From positions 90,316,515 to 90,380,514 of the forward strand of contig NC_057719.1 in the NCBI RefSeq assembly GCF_004010195.1: a stretch of DNA of 64,000 bases, in the 5' to 3' direction. The notes under the pieces are model-generated. The model searched no databases. It saw only the letters and a program-made list of their open reading frames with translations, and was not told the DNA's origin. This stretch comes from Chiloscyllium plagiosum. Its lineage: Eukaryota. A program made the position numbers and the translations under genes. Each line of letters opens with the position of its first letter. Position 1 is the first letter of the stretch. Below, in pieces: positions 37,710-50,949 of the stretch.

Positions 37710-38620
37710 TCATAGAGAACTGCAGCACAGAAAAAGGCCCTTCGGCCCATCACATCAGTTCCGATCAAAAACATCTTAATTATTCGAATCTCATTTTCCA
37801 GCACTTGGTCTGTAGCTTTGTATATATTTGGCATCGCAGGTGCGCATTGAAATACAACTTAAATGTTACGAGGGTTTCTTCCTCCATCACCCTTTACAGG
37901 CAGTGAATTCCAGATTCCCACCACCCTTTGAATGAAAATTTTCTTCCCCACATCTCCTCCAAACCTTCTGCCCTTACTTGAAATCTATGTCCCTTGGTCA
38001 CTGATCACTCCACCAAGGGGAAATGCTTCTTCCTGTCTTCCCTACCTATGCTCTTCATAATTTTATACATCTCAATCATGTCCCCTTTCAATCTCCTCTG
38101 CTCTGAGGAAAAGAACTCCAGTCCATCCAATCTCTCTTCATAAATTAAACTTCCCAATCCAGACAATACCTTCTCTGCACCCTCTCCAGTGCTATCACAT
38201 CCTTCCCAAAATGTGGATTCCAGAAACTGCACACAATACTCAGGCTGAGACCTAACCAACGTTTTATACAGACCCAGCATACATTCCCTGTTCTTAAACT
38301 CTATGCCTCAGCAAGTATATCAAATGTTTTCTTAATTATTTTATCCACCTGCTCTAACACTTTAAGGGAAAGGTGTACATATACACTGAGGTCCCTCTGA
38401 GCCTTGGTGCTTCCCAGGGTCCTACAGTTCATCATGTATTCCATTCCTTGTTTGTCCTGCCCAAGTCCATTACCTCATATTTATCCAGATTGAATTCCAT
38501 TTCCCACTGAGCAGCCTATCTGACCAGCTCATTTGTATCTTCTTGTAATCTAAGGCTATCCTCCTTACTACCCTGCCAATTTTTCTATCATCTGGAAACC
38601 TCCTACCTTCAAGTCCAAAT
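37710..38620 (-). mobile_element. CR1 LINE 3' part
   Basis: LYKTLVRSQPEYCVQF, RRLKGDMIEMYKIM. Confidence 0.9.
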
Positions 38621-38739
38621 CATTTACATATATGGTGGAAGTGGTGACTGACCATGACATTATTGGTAGACTATTAATTCAGCAGCCCAGGTGATGTTCT
38701 GTGGACTCGAGATTGCATCCTGCCATGGCAGACGATGAG

Positions 38740-40750
38740 CAAACAAAATCCCAAAGAACAGCAGGTGCTGGAAAAAGGTCTGGCAGCATTTGTGGAGAGA
38801 AAGCCAGGTTAATGTTTTGGGTCCAGTGGCCATTCTTCAGAACTGATTAAAGCAAGGAAAGAATTGCCTTCTATGCGAAGGGAGAAACGACGGTGGGGGG
38901 GGGGGGGAGGAATTAACTCAAAGGTGGAGAAGGCACCAAGAGAGAGTGAGAGACAGTGAGAGAGAAAGAAAGAGAGCGGGACAGAGAGAAAAAGTTGAGC
39001 AAAGGAGTGGGTAGAAGGTCTTTCTGTGGGATTTAATGCCTGCTAGTGATGACTATTATTGGCTGACAAAGGGTTGTGCATAGCAGAGCCTATTTCATGA
39101 CAAGATCTGGGTTGCAGGGATTGGGGTAAGGACAGAGGAGAACGTGCAGTGGCCTAAAAATTATTCAACTTGATTTTGAGTCCTGAAGGTTGCAGAGGTC
39201 CAAGGTGGAAAATGAGGTGCTGTTCTCCTAACTTGCACTGAGCTTTGCTAGAGCAACAGAGATGTTCACCAGGGAACACAGTGATGCGCTAAAGTGGCAG
39301 GCGACTGGAAGCTCAATATCATTTTTGTGGACAGAACATAGGTGTTGTGCAAAGTGGTCACCCAATTGAATTTTTTCTCCCCAGTGTAGAGGGGACTACA
39401 TTGTGAGCAGCAGATACTGGACAGTAGATTGGGCAAAGTACAGGTAAAACACTGCTGCACCTGGAAGTGTGTCTTGGGCATTGGATAGCAAGGAGAGACC
39501 AAGGGGTTATATCTTCTGTGATTGCATGGGAAGGTACCATAGGAGTATGGGGGAGGTGTTGGAAGTGGAAGAGGAGTGGACCAAGGTGCCCCAGAGGGAA
39601 TAGCCCCTGAAGAATGCTGACAAGGTAGTGGTGAGGAACGGGTGCTTGGTGGTGGCCTCCCACTGGTGTGGAGGAAATGGCAGTTGATGATCTTTTGGAT
39701 GCAGATGCTGGTGTGGTGTTAAGTGAGAACAAAGGGAACCCAATTGTTGTTACGGGAGGGAAGAGAAGGGGTGAGGGCTGAAGAACAGGAGATGTGTCAA
39801 CCACTGGGATGGGGAATTCTCGGCTGAGGAAGATGGTGGACATTTCAGGAACCCCCTTCTAGAAGCTGGCATCATTGGAACTGATGTGGCGGACATGGAG
39901 GACCTTGGAGAACAGAATAACGAGGCAGTGAGAATGTATAGTCAAGGTAACCATGGGAGTCGGATTCCCAGAAACCGAAACAGAGATGACAAAGAAGGAG
40001 GAGGAGTTAGAGATGGGCCACGTGAACATCAGAATAGGGTGAAAATTTGAAGCAAAATTGATAAATGTTTCCAATTCTGGACATGAGAAGGAAGCAACAT
40101 CAATGATGTCATCGACATACCGGAAGTGGTGTGGGTGGGGGACCAGAGTACGATTGGAACAAGGAATGTACCACATGCTCCACAAAGAGATAAGCATAAT
40201 TGGGACCCATGCAGGTATGCATGGCCACACCTTTGACATGAAGCAAGTGGGAGGAGTTTAAAGAGAAGATGCTCAAAGTGTGGATGAATTCAGCCAGGAG
40301 GACGACAGTGGTGGATGCAGACAGTCCATGCTCTTTTTTCCCAGCAAGAAGCAGAGAGCCCCAATCGGGAATGGCATGTCCGTGGTGAAGAGGAGGCAGC
40401 TGGAGCCAGCAAACTGGAAATTCTGAACTGTCATAAAGTGTCAAAGGAATTGTGGATTATAAAAGGGAAGGTACTGGACAAGAGGGGGGGAAAAAAACCA
40501 GAACGGAGATAGGAACGGGTGGGTTCTGTGGGGCAGGACCAGTCAGAAACAATGGCTCTGCTCGGGCAGTTCTGTTTGTGGATTTTGGGGAGGAGGTACA
40601 AGTGAGCTGTTTGGGAGTGGTGGGATGTGGAGTTGGGAGAATGGAGGGGAGATCATCAGTTGAAATGAGATTAGTGACTTGTCAACACAACGGCCTGGTG
40701 TTCAATGGTGGGGTCGTTTTCCTGAGGGACATAGGAGGAGGTATCTGAAT
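38740..40750 (-). mobile_element. Decayed Penelope-like retroelement (RT, GIY-YIG, terminal repeat)
   Basis: KGVAMHTCMGPNYAYLFV, FRYVDD, FINFASNFHP (PLE RT); CSQCSPLYTGE (GIY-YIG-like); 3' terminal degenerate hammerhead agtt-CTGAAGA..aac near 38808-38844. Confidence 0.85.
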
Positions 40751-42535
40751 TGGTGGAATTCGTATTTAATAAAAATCTGGAATTAAAAGTAAAACAATGA
40801 TCATGAAACTGTTGCCGATTGTTGGAAAAACACATCTGGCTCATGAAAACTCTTGAGGAAAGGATCCTTACCCAATCTAGTCTATATGTGACTCAGACTC
40901 TCAGCAATGTGGATTACCCTAAACTGCCTCTGGGCAGTTAGGAATGGGCAAGAAAGACTGTCCTAGCCAGCAATGCCCACATCCTGTGAATGGATTAAAA
41001 AAAACCCACAATGTTGGGCAAAGGTCCCAACATTGACCCTGTGGCATCATATCAAAACTAGGTGACTCTACAGTTAATACACCAATCTACAGTGCCTTTT
41101 GTGAAGTGAAAAGATCCTGGAGAAGGAGCGATTGAAGAACAAAAATCCTGACAATCAAAAGAATCAAAACCAAATGTGTGGACCAAGGTCATTGGATTGT
41201 TGACCCAGTCTTTTTTCTCCTCTCAACACAAACACAGTTTACTTAATCTTGAAGTGGGGGCGCTTGAAGGGTTACAGTTTAATCAGTAATTATATGTCGA
41301 CAGTTCATAGTTGTTTATCTGTGGTTAGAATTTATTTGTAATAAACAGTAGTCCTTGTCATGTAAAGAAACCTGGTATGTGTCTTGTGCTAGTCTATGTC
41401 TGTCTATCTGCCAAGTAAATTGGGGGCTTTGCCATACTTTGATAGGACTAACTCCAGAAATAGCATGGCTTGATTTCTAACATGCTACCTCAGAAAGGTG
41501 ACAACAGCCTTAAAAACACACTTATTTTCTCAAAAATGTGAGGGGGCAAGAACATTGGTCTCCACATGCTTTTTGCAACTGAAGAAACATCAGATTGATT
41601 TGCATGCCACAATCTACATTACATCTCTAATTTAGAAAAATAACAAAGTTTTGGTTTGGAACTGAAATTCAATGTTCACTACCACAATGTCAGACCAGTT
41701 GACATGGTTATCTAATGATACAGCAGACTACAGATGCTGCATTTAGTGGCCAGGAGATAAATGAAATTAAATGGTTTTAAAAACGCATGATATAAAACTA
41801 ACGAAACTGACTATTAGCCAATTGAAAGTACATACCTAGTGTTGACTCAGTTTGACTGGTAGAGCTCATATCCTTTCAGCAAGAAGTAGCTTGGATTCCT
41901 ATTACAGACTTTAACATATTGCAGTGTAACACTGACAAAGCTCCGCATCCGACAGGGCACATTATTTTAGATTACACAGTAAACCACTACCTGTCTCCCA
42001 GAACAAGTGGGCAGAATATACATTGCAGAGTTCTCCCAAACATTTGACCACAACTCCCAGCAGCACTAAAATCATCATTGCTTGATGGACCTTGTAAACA
42101 AATTTTCTGCTGCATACTGCCTATACTGCAAAAGCAACTGATGCGTGTACAATGTTTCAGTAGGTTATAAGCAAACGTGTCCTTGGAGAGGGAGCAGACA
42201 AGGTCCACCTGCCCACTTTAGGCCTTCCGTGACTGATGAGCACCAGAGAGACTGGAATAGATCAACATCCTGGGAATATTACTTTAATCTGGTAAACTCA
42301 GCTTCCTTTCAAGCTTTATTTTTAAAAGCCACTTTTTCCCGTTGCTATCTATTAGTGAAAACTCGCCAGAAGACGCAGTTTGTTCCTATAATCAGCTAGA
42401 TAGGTGAGGATAGTTACAAAAGCAACTTCATTGTGAACATTCTGCAAGTCGCATTGCAATTTTCGTTACATCCCAGACAAGAAACCACAAAGCCTGCCAC
42501 AAACAAATCACTTCAATAAAGAAAAGGGGCTTCAC

Positions 42536-42661
42536 CTTGACCTGGAAACTACATTTGCCACTGCGGACTGCTTCTTCGTCAGTCTGCCACTGATGTGGTC
42601 GACTTGACTCTGGAACATAGATGTCCTTCTTACGTCTGAAGCTCTGCCGTAGTTTGTTCAT
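42536..42661 (-). CDS. NUMB: NUMB first coding exon (126 coding nt, aa 1-42); exon extends to 42678 with 17 nt of 5'UTR
   Basis: Translates [42 protein letters not shown], near-identical to the vertebrate Numb N-terminus; SFRRKKD favours NUMB over NUMBL. Acceptor tttttgtag| before 42678, donor AAG|gtgaag after 42536, phase 0. Confidence 0.96.
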
Positions 42662-43461
42662 TTTTAACCACTTGCTTTCTACAAAAAGAAGAAAACAACG
42701 CATATTAAGTTGCGGTGCACTAAACAAACTTTGTTATTTATTTTTCCCGAAAATAATTACCATTTCTCCAGCACAAACCACTTCTCAAAATGATGAGCAG
42801 AAAATCAAGTATTTTACTGGAGGGGGCGTACGGGCGGTTGGGGGATGTTGGGGTGGATCACTGCACTTGTGGCAGCCTTGTGTTGAGAATGCTAAAGGCA
42901 AGCAAACATCAGTCAAATCCAGGGGGGTGTCACCTACCAGGAGGAAAGAGTGAGAGAAGGTGAGAAAGAGTGGAGGCAAGAAAGAGAGCACACAAGAGCA
43001 GGGTTGGGCACACATGTAGGAGAGGGGGGAGGCAAGGGGGCGCAAGAGCGAGGGCACACGAGAGGGGTAATAAATGCCTCGCAAATGAATATGGAACCTC
43101 TAGTTTAAGGCAGGATATATTCAGAAACTACTACTGTTGGAAAATGAACTTAATAGTATTGTAATAAAAATGTATCAATTGCAAAATTTAAATCCAATGT
43201 TGAAAACTGAGTGCAGTAGAAAGGTTAGTTGCCTCTTGGTTGCAATGTTACAGCTTTGTGCCAATGGCATGGGAATGCATAATCTGTGACCTCACTAGAC
43301 TGCAAAAGATATGTTTTGAGTGATGGTTTTGTATGTTTTAAATGTGTCAATTATTTTGAAAATAAGACTTGTTGCTAACGTATGCCTGTTATCTGTGCCT
43401 ACTTAAATACTGGGTGTCTTAAGAAATTGATGTTTTCCATGAGTTGTCACATTACATTAAA

Positions 43462-43771
43462 CGGCACGGTGGCACAGTGGTTAGCACTGCTGCCTCTCAG
43501 CACCAGGGTCCCAGGTTCAATGCCAGCCTTGGGCAACTGTCTGTGAGGAGTTTGCACATTCTCCCTGTGTCTGTGTGGGTTTCCTCCAGGTGCTCCGGTT
43601 TTCTCCCACAGTCCAAAGATGTGCAGGTCAAGTGAATTGGCCATGCAAAATTGCCCATAGTGTTAGGTGCATTAGTCAGAGGGAAATGGGTCTGGGTGGG
43701 TTACCCTTGGAGGGTCGGTGTGGACTGGTTGGGGCGAAGGGCCTGTTTCCACACTGTAGGGAGTCTAATCT
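43462..43771 (+). mobile_element. HE1-type SINE
   Basis: Head, core and tail as in the other copies. Confidence 0.93.
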
Positions 43772-46636
43772 TAATTGATGGTTGATAATTGAGGATATTG
43801 ATGAATACTTCTAAATTTGTTTAAAAGAGTCCCAACATCCTATATACCAATACAAAATGTTACTAAATGACTGCATCACCTAAGAACTTAAAGCCAATGC
43901 AAAAGAAATCCCTGAAAATCAAAACAGAGCCCCCAAAATCAAAACAAACCCGAGAAAACCTCATGAGGCCTTTTGAAAAATAATTTTAAAACAGCATGCA
44001 TGTCAATAAAACAAAATAAGCATGAGTTTCCCCATGTCTTTTAACCATCTCTTTAAAGTAGTGACTCAGAATTTCATGTTTCTTGGCATCCACTGGTGAA
44101 GTTGTGAAGTGCACTCCAGCTGAATTCCATCTTTCAAAACACTCACAGACAGCTGCTTCTCAACAGAAGTCCTTGAGAAAGATTTCATGAGCGCAAACCT
44201 AGCTGATTTTTCCAATTGCAGCAGTTAAAGATCATTCTGGCACTATCTCCCAAGAACAAAAATCAAAACTGGCACAGAGCAATGTCTACTTTACTTGTGC
44301 TGCTTGATCAGTATTCAAAAGACCCAAATAGTTTGCAAAGTACTTTTCAAAATTTGTTTGAAGTGAAGCGTATGAAGTATTTAAAAACAAAGCGTCTGCA
44401 AATATGTAGCAAGACTGACCATTCAGATATAATTAGTTATATTACCCAGCATTTTCCCATCCTGTAGCAATTGCAACATTAGGCATGAGGAACACACCAA
44501 TTCAAACAAGGGCTATGCAGCAGTGTCACCACTCAATTTGTTGAAAACTTACTGTTCAGTGGACGACTTCACATTTCTCATCAAAACAGTGAGCAACACT
44601 CTAAGCTGTTTTATATGTTTGCGTTAACTACAAATATTAAATCATGGTTGAGTTTATAAAATCTGATTTAATAACTTTTATCATTCCTGCAACCTTCAGT
44701 TTTACATGTAAATATCTGAAACTATCAGGGTGGGGATAAGGTTTGCTAATAAGTGTGCAACTGCAGCTAGGATAAATTTTAACTATAGTCTGTGGCGAAG
44801 GCGCATCTCCATACAGTAATGTACCCAAGATCAGTAACGGAGATCATTAGGCAGAGCAAGGAAGTAGCTTGGACAACAGGTGCATAGTGATTTTTGACAC
44901 GTTTGCAATAGCCTGAACATCAAGATTAGATTAATGCCTTGCAAAGAAATTTCCAGCTATCAGCCGCAACTAATAAATTAAATCAATGTGAGGATTTTTT
45001 TCATTGCGTGACAACAGTTAGCAGAGGATTTATCTACTGCGTGCACAACTTACCCCTGATGACCAAGATGATAAATGATTACTGCAGATTGTAGAAACCA
45101 AATGCTGTATGGAATTCTACAGCAACAAAATTAATCCAGAAAGTTGCGTAACAATCAACCTCAAAATCACATGACCATTTATAGTGCTTTACGTTCAGGA
45201 ATTCTGCCAGGGCTTAAAATACACAATCTGAGAACAGAGAAAAGGTTGGGTGCTTTTTATTAACAAAACCAAGTTGAAAAATTAAGAATAACACAAGGAG
45301 GAATACTGAGATTTATAAGTTAAGCAGTACACAGGCCAGTCAATCAAAAGTTTTTTTTAAACCATCCAAATCTTTGAAGTTATTTTTCACAAAACTGATT
45401 TATGAATTAACATCCATCGTTTCCAGTCATTTCTGAACATAGAACTACCTTCACTGATCTTGTGTCGTCACTCCAACCAGGACTGACTCCTGCAAATAGG
45501 TTCAGGTTTAGAGTAGTCAACAGACAAAATTCTTACAAACACCACTATCAACAGTCCTTTCCACAACATACAACACTGCATTCTTTCAGAGTACACCTAT
45601 ACACACTGTATTGTGGAATCACCATCTTTCAAAAAATTGGAACCTCCAATCATTTCAACTAAAATCAAAGCAGACGGTGGTGTCAATTTAATGATCCTTC
45701 CTAAACACTGCTGTCAAAATTAGGATTACATGATAGCTTGGGCACTGAGTATTGTACAAGCAAGTAATATATACTGCATAATCCAACTGATTACAAATGC
45801 TAATACCACACTCCTTTGAGAACAGCAATGATCAATTAGAATCAATCTTTTCAAAATTTAAAAACTAAATCACCCCTGTAGCTCTGAAGTCTACTGACCG
45901 CACAAAAGATCAATTCAAAATTTAGGATCAATACCTCAAAAACGTAAAACTTGAACTCTTGGGCGAGCCTCTGTTTCAGTGCCAAAAGCGCACTGACTCT
46001 CCACACCAATGGCAGCAGCAACGAGATGAACACTCATTTCCATACAGCTCAACAAAGTTTGATCAAAAAGGCAATCCTGAAGTGCAAATAATGACCAACT
46101 CCTTTTCGTCTTTGGAGAAGTCAACTGAGAGACTCGATTCATTTCAAATTTACTTGATCTGCTCTTTCCACTATCTTGCCGAAAAAGCAAGGTTTCACTG
46201 CAAATGGTTCGTTCTTGATCTAAAGCAGTCCAAATTTGCTCATAGTACAAGGCAGCGAAAAATCTGAACCCAGTGAAGCACAAAGGTAAATTGTATGTTT
46301 GCATTGTAGCACATCATGAATATTTAAACTAGTAGCCTCAACCTTCAAACTATTAGCATTCCTGTGTTTTGTCTCAAGTGTATTTATTAATCCTACAAAC
46401 ACTTTATGACTTTCAAAAGTACTGATAAGTTGCTTGTAAAAGAGACGCTGTTTTTAAGATTCTGCGGGTTCCAAATATCGGTGTTCCAGTATCTATATTT
46501 CTAATTTATCATTACCTTATACACCTCTATTAGGTCCTCTCTCAACAGTAGCTGCTCTAAAGAAAACTATCCAAGCCTATCCAAAATTTCCTTCTAACTC
46601 AGACCCTGCAACCGAGGTAGCATTCTGGTAAATCCA

Positions 46637-46924
46637 GGGTGGCACAGTGGCTCAGTGGTGAGCACTGCTGCCTCAACGCCAGTGACCTGGGCGACTGTCT
46701 GTGGAGTTTACACATTCTCCCAGTGTCTGCGTGGGTTTCCTCTGGGTGCTCTGGTTTCCTCCAACAATCCAAAGATGTGCAGGTCAGGTGGATTGGCCAT
46801 GCTAAATTATCCATAGCGTTAGGTGCATTAGTCAGAGGGAATTGGGTCTGGGTGGGTTACTCTTTGGAGGATCGGTGTGGACTGGTTGGGCCAAATGGCT
46901 TGCTTCCACACTGTAGGGATTCTA
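46637..46924 (+). mobile_element. HE1-type SINE nested in a minus-strand CR1 fragment
   Basis: Conserved core; host text ctggtaaatc|..tctcctctgcacc is split by the insertion. Confidence 0.9.
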
Positions 46925-47550
46925 AAAATAATCTCCTCTGCACCCCCTCCAGTGCAATCACATCCTTCCTGTAATGTGGTGACAGTAACCTAACCAGCAT
47001 TTTAAATAGTTCAAGCATAACCACCTTGGTCTTGCATTTATATCTCAATAAATAAAAGTATCTGATATGCCTTCTTTAGGGCAAATGGTGTAGTGGCAAT
47101 CTCATAGGCCTCAAAATCCAGCATTCCAGACTAATGTTCTGGGGGCAAGAGTTCAAACTCCACCATAAGTGATGGTGAGATTTGAATTCAATTTTAAAAA
47201 TACCTGAAATGAAAAGCTAACCTAATGGTGACCAAGTAACCATTTAGAAGAGTAGGATAGAGGCTACGAATTCTGCAGCAAGTAACTCAGTTCTCAACTC
47301 TCCAAAGTCCACCATCTAAAAGGCACAAATCAGGACTATGATGGAATACTCCCCACTTGCCTGGATGGGTGCAGCAACAACACTCAGATGTTTGACACTA
47401 TCCAGGACAAAGCAGCCCACTTGATTAGCACCACATCCAGAAACATCCATCCCTCCATCATTGATGCTCAGTTAACTGCAGCGTGTACCACCTACAAGAT
47501 GCACGACAGAAATTCATCAAGAATCCTTAGATAGCATCTTTCAAACCCAC

Positions 47551-48029
47551 TGAGATGTTAAAGGGTTAATTTGTTCTGCTGACATGTAAGAAATTGGATT
47601 TCCTGGGTGGGTGGGGGGGGGGGGTTGTTTTTCTGTCTTACAGACAGGATGTGACAATCTAATCATCCTCTGTAAATGCTACAGTTTAAGGGATAACCTG
47701 ATCACACACCATTTTAAGGGATAACCTGATCACACATTGGTTCTGGAAATAATCTAACCATTTAACATTGTTTTTAGGTGCCAAGTGACCATGGGGGAGT
47801 GACAGGGGATTGTGTTTTGCATGCATGACTGACTGTGATGTAAAACCCTGTATAAAGGGAGGATGGTTCCATTGTTCAGACTCACTTGACACGCTCCGCA
47901 AGCATTGCAGAGTGTGTTAAGTGATCCTCCAAAAGCTTGTACTTGCTGAAATAAATTGTGGTTGTTCACAAAGGTTGGCTTATTGCAGTTGCATCAAACG
48001 TGTAAGAATCTCAAGAAGGGAACCTAAAG
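47551..48029 (+). mobile_element. Probable solo LTR inserted in a LINE 3' region
   Basis: Starts TG; CCAC duplicated at 47547-47550/48030-48033; TATAAA 47851, AATAAA 47950; internal 24-bp direct repeat tttaagggataacctgatcacaca; host repeat resumes afterwards. Confidence 0.65.
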
Positions 48030-49903
48030 CCACAACCACTACTGCCTGGAAGGACAAAAGCAGAAGACACCTGGGAACACCATCACCTGAAAGTTCTCCT
48101 CCAAGTCACTCACCTTCCTGACTCGGAAATACATAATCAGTATTGCAGGGTTAACATTCTGGAACTCCCTCCCTAACAGCATTGTGGGTCAACTGACAGC
48201 AAGAAATGCTGGCCTAGACAACAAGGGCCCTAGCACCAAGCTGAGAAATTCTACTGGATCTCAATGCATCAAATGCATTATCCTCATCAGTATGTTTGGT
48301 TAGCTCCTTAAAAAATCTGATCAAATTTGACTTTCCCTTAAGCAAACCATGAAGACTTTCCCTTACTATTCCCAGTCTCTCCAAATGCAAAAAATATTCT
48401 GTTTTTCAGAATTCTCTCCTAACTTTCTCACCATCAAAGTTCAAGCCTGAAATTTCCTGGTCTCTCACTTCGCCCAACATTTAATAAGGGGACTATGATA
48501 GTCTGGTACCTCAATTATAGCCAGAGTCAACAGAAGTGACAATAAATCAAAATGCCATCTGTAATTCAACAGTGAACTGATTCTGCTGCTACAAGTTCAT
48601 TTATACAAATCAAGAAGAACTATCATGGTAGAGTTTGTAAACTTTGAAGTGAAATCTCCCAAAGTCTAAGAACGCAACCCACATTTATTCAGAAAGGAAA
48701 TGGGGTAGGATGTAAAGTCTGAAGTAATTTGTGTCAGTAGCTTAAGTTGACATTCCGTAACTATTAGTTTCCTCTCTGTCAACTAAATAGAAAAGACAGG
48801 GAAAATTCTCCATTGGTTGGAGTCACATCCAGCACAAAGGATTGTTGGAAGGCAATCATCACATCCCCAAGGCATCACGTAGGGTAGATAATTTCTAACC
48901 AACCTGCTTAGAGACGCTATTACACACTTCTGGAGCAGGTGGGGCTTGAATCCAGACTCCCTAATTCAAACATAGGGACACTAGTGTTGTGCCCTACGTC
49001 CGATCATCTTCAACTGCTTCATCGATGACCTTACCATCATCATAAGGGTTAGAAGCGGTGTTGATTGCCCAATGTTCAGCTCCATCCACAACCCTCAGAT
49101 ACTGAAGCAATCCATGAAGTGAAACTAGTCAACACACTGATTTTGGCTGATAGGTGCCAGAAAATCAAACCATTTTCCCCCGACACTCAAAGGCATTATG
49201 TTTGTTTGGGGTACGATTATCACTGCCATTGGTGCCTGCAGAGAAAATGGTACCCCAACTAATGACAACTCATTTTATTTTCCTATGTCTTTTCCTTGGC
49301 TCTGTCATTCACTGTAAGCTGAATAACTGAAATATGCTCCCATTTAAATTGCTGTAAAAACAGAATCTCAACTATATTTCTGTTTCAGATTTCCAACAGC
49401 TGCAATATTTTGCGTGTATGTAGTATACATGCCCTTCTGTTAAAAATGCAGTACAGTGTTGCAATTCTATGATACAATACAGTCATCTGTAAATCCTTAA
49501 TGAGATAACAGCATGCATAACTTTACAATATACCTCATGGCACTGGAGTAAATATTTGAAAATGATTGGAACTGACAGAGAAGGGTTTAGAATTTCAGCC
49601 ATCAATCGTCAGTGCTCGCACTAAACTAACTGAGTAGTTTTATTCTAAAATGTGAGAACTCAAGTATTTGAGACTGTATCTCCCTTCTAACATAATAGCT
49701 TGCCTGAAATACATTAGATGCTTCACTGTTAAGCCATCAAGTATGCGATCATTAGCTGCAAGAGGGTTTGAATATAGAAGCAAAGTCGTCTTGGAAGAAC
49801 TTAGGGAGGGCACACTGGAGTCTTGTGCGCAACTTGGGTCTGGGTAACTGTGACAAAATACAGTTATGATAGAGGAAGTGCAGCAAAACTTCACCAGATT
49901 GAC

Positions 49904-50194
49904 TCTTGGCATGGCAGGCTTCTTGTGCGAGGGGACATTGATCAACAGGGCCTGTATTCACTGGAGTTCAGAAAGACAAAAAGGGATCTCATCCCTTTTG
50001 AATGGCTGGATGCCAAGATGATGTTTCCCTCAGCCAGGGCAGTCTTGGCATGGCAGGCTTCTTGTGCGAGGGGACATTGATCAACAGGGCCTGTATTCAC
50101 TGGAGTTCAGAAAGACAAAAAGGGATCTCATCAAAAGGTCTCATCATTTTTGAATGGCTGGATGCCAAGATGATGTTTCCCTCAGCCAGGGCAG
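49904..50194 (+). repeat. Tandem duplication (139 + 152 bp) within a CR1 fragment, followed by a TG microsatellite to about 50249
   Basis: Copies 49904-50042 and 50043-50194 are identical by eye apart from one local indel region. Confidence 0.9.
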
Positions 50195-50949
50195 TGTGTG
50201 AGTGTGTGTGAGCGTGTGTGTGCTTGCGTGTGTGTGCTTGCGTGTGTGTTGGGGAGGGCAGCGACATCAAAGGAGTCATGGCCTCAGGATATGGAGTTGG
50301 GTGCTTAGGGCTGATGGAGAAATTTCTTCTCTCAACAACGATGGGGAATCTGTGGAATTCTATTAAACATAAGAAAATGGAGACCAAATCACGAAAGCCA
50401 TTTTAAAAAACAGATAGATTTAGAGTCATGCAGCACCGAAACAGATACTAAAAACATCAAGGGCATGGGGAGACAGTTGGAGTATAATACAGACACAGGA
50501 TCAGCCAAAATCACATTGAATGGTGGAGCAGGTTCAATGGGCCAAATGGCCTGGTCCTGCTCCTATTTTTGACATTTATGTCAGACACTATAAGCCACCT
50601 TCCATACTAAGTTATTTTTGCTTGTTTCATGTTAAGTGAAGAATATTTGAATAAGCCAGTGTTTCCCTTAACTGTCCTTTATTGTCTGCCAAGAATGAAA
50701 AGTTCAATTTATCAAGTGTGAGAAAAGAAAGTGCAGTTACCATACCTGCTGCCAAGTAATGTACAGCAAGACATTTCTGCATTGCTTCAAGTAGCTTCAT
50801 TAGTATTAATGGAGTCATGACGAAACAATGCAGCATTCTTCAGTTTCAGGGTCATTCTTTACTCAACCTAGTCTCCATGGGTACAATTCGTTTCCTGAAA
50901 CTGACCTACCTTCTTTGCTGAGGATCAGAAACATATCCAGACAATTTAT

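Larger units (their letters stand above)
23328..42535 (-). other. NUMB: NUMB intron, 19,208 nt, GT-AG
   Basis: Lies between the two in-frame exons with canonical ends. Confidence 0.9.

Noticed and set aside
42428..42727. 99-aa ORF as a complete NUMB-like protein
   Set aside because: Only 42536-42661 is coding; the flanks are intron/UTR read-through past clear splice sites.
45851..46033. Signal-peptide-like ORF that could splice in frame to NUMB through a donor near 45863
   Set aside because: GTG start directly after an in-frame TGA, no ATG in that frame, and a weak donor.
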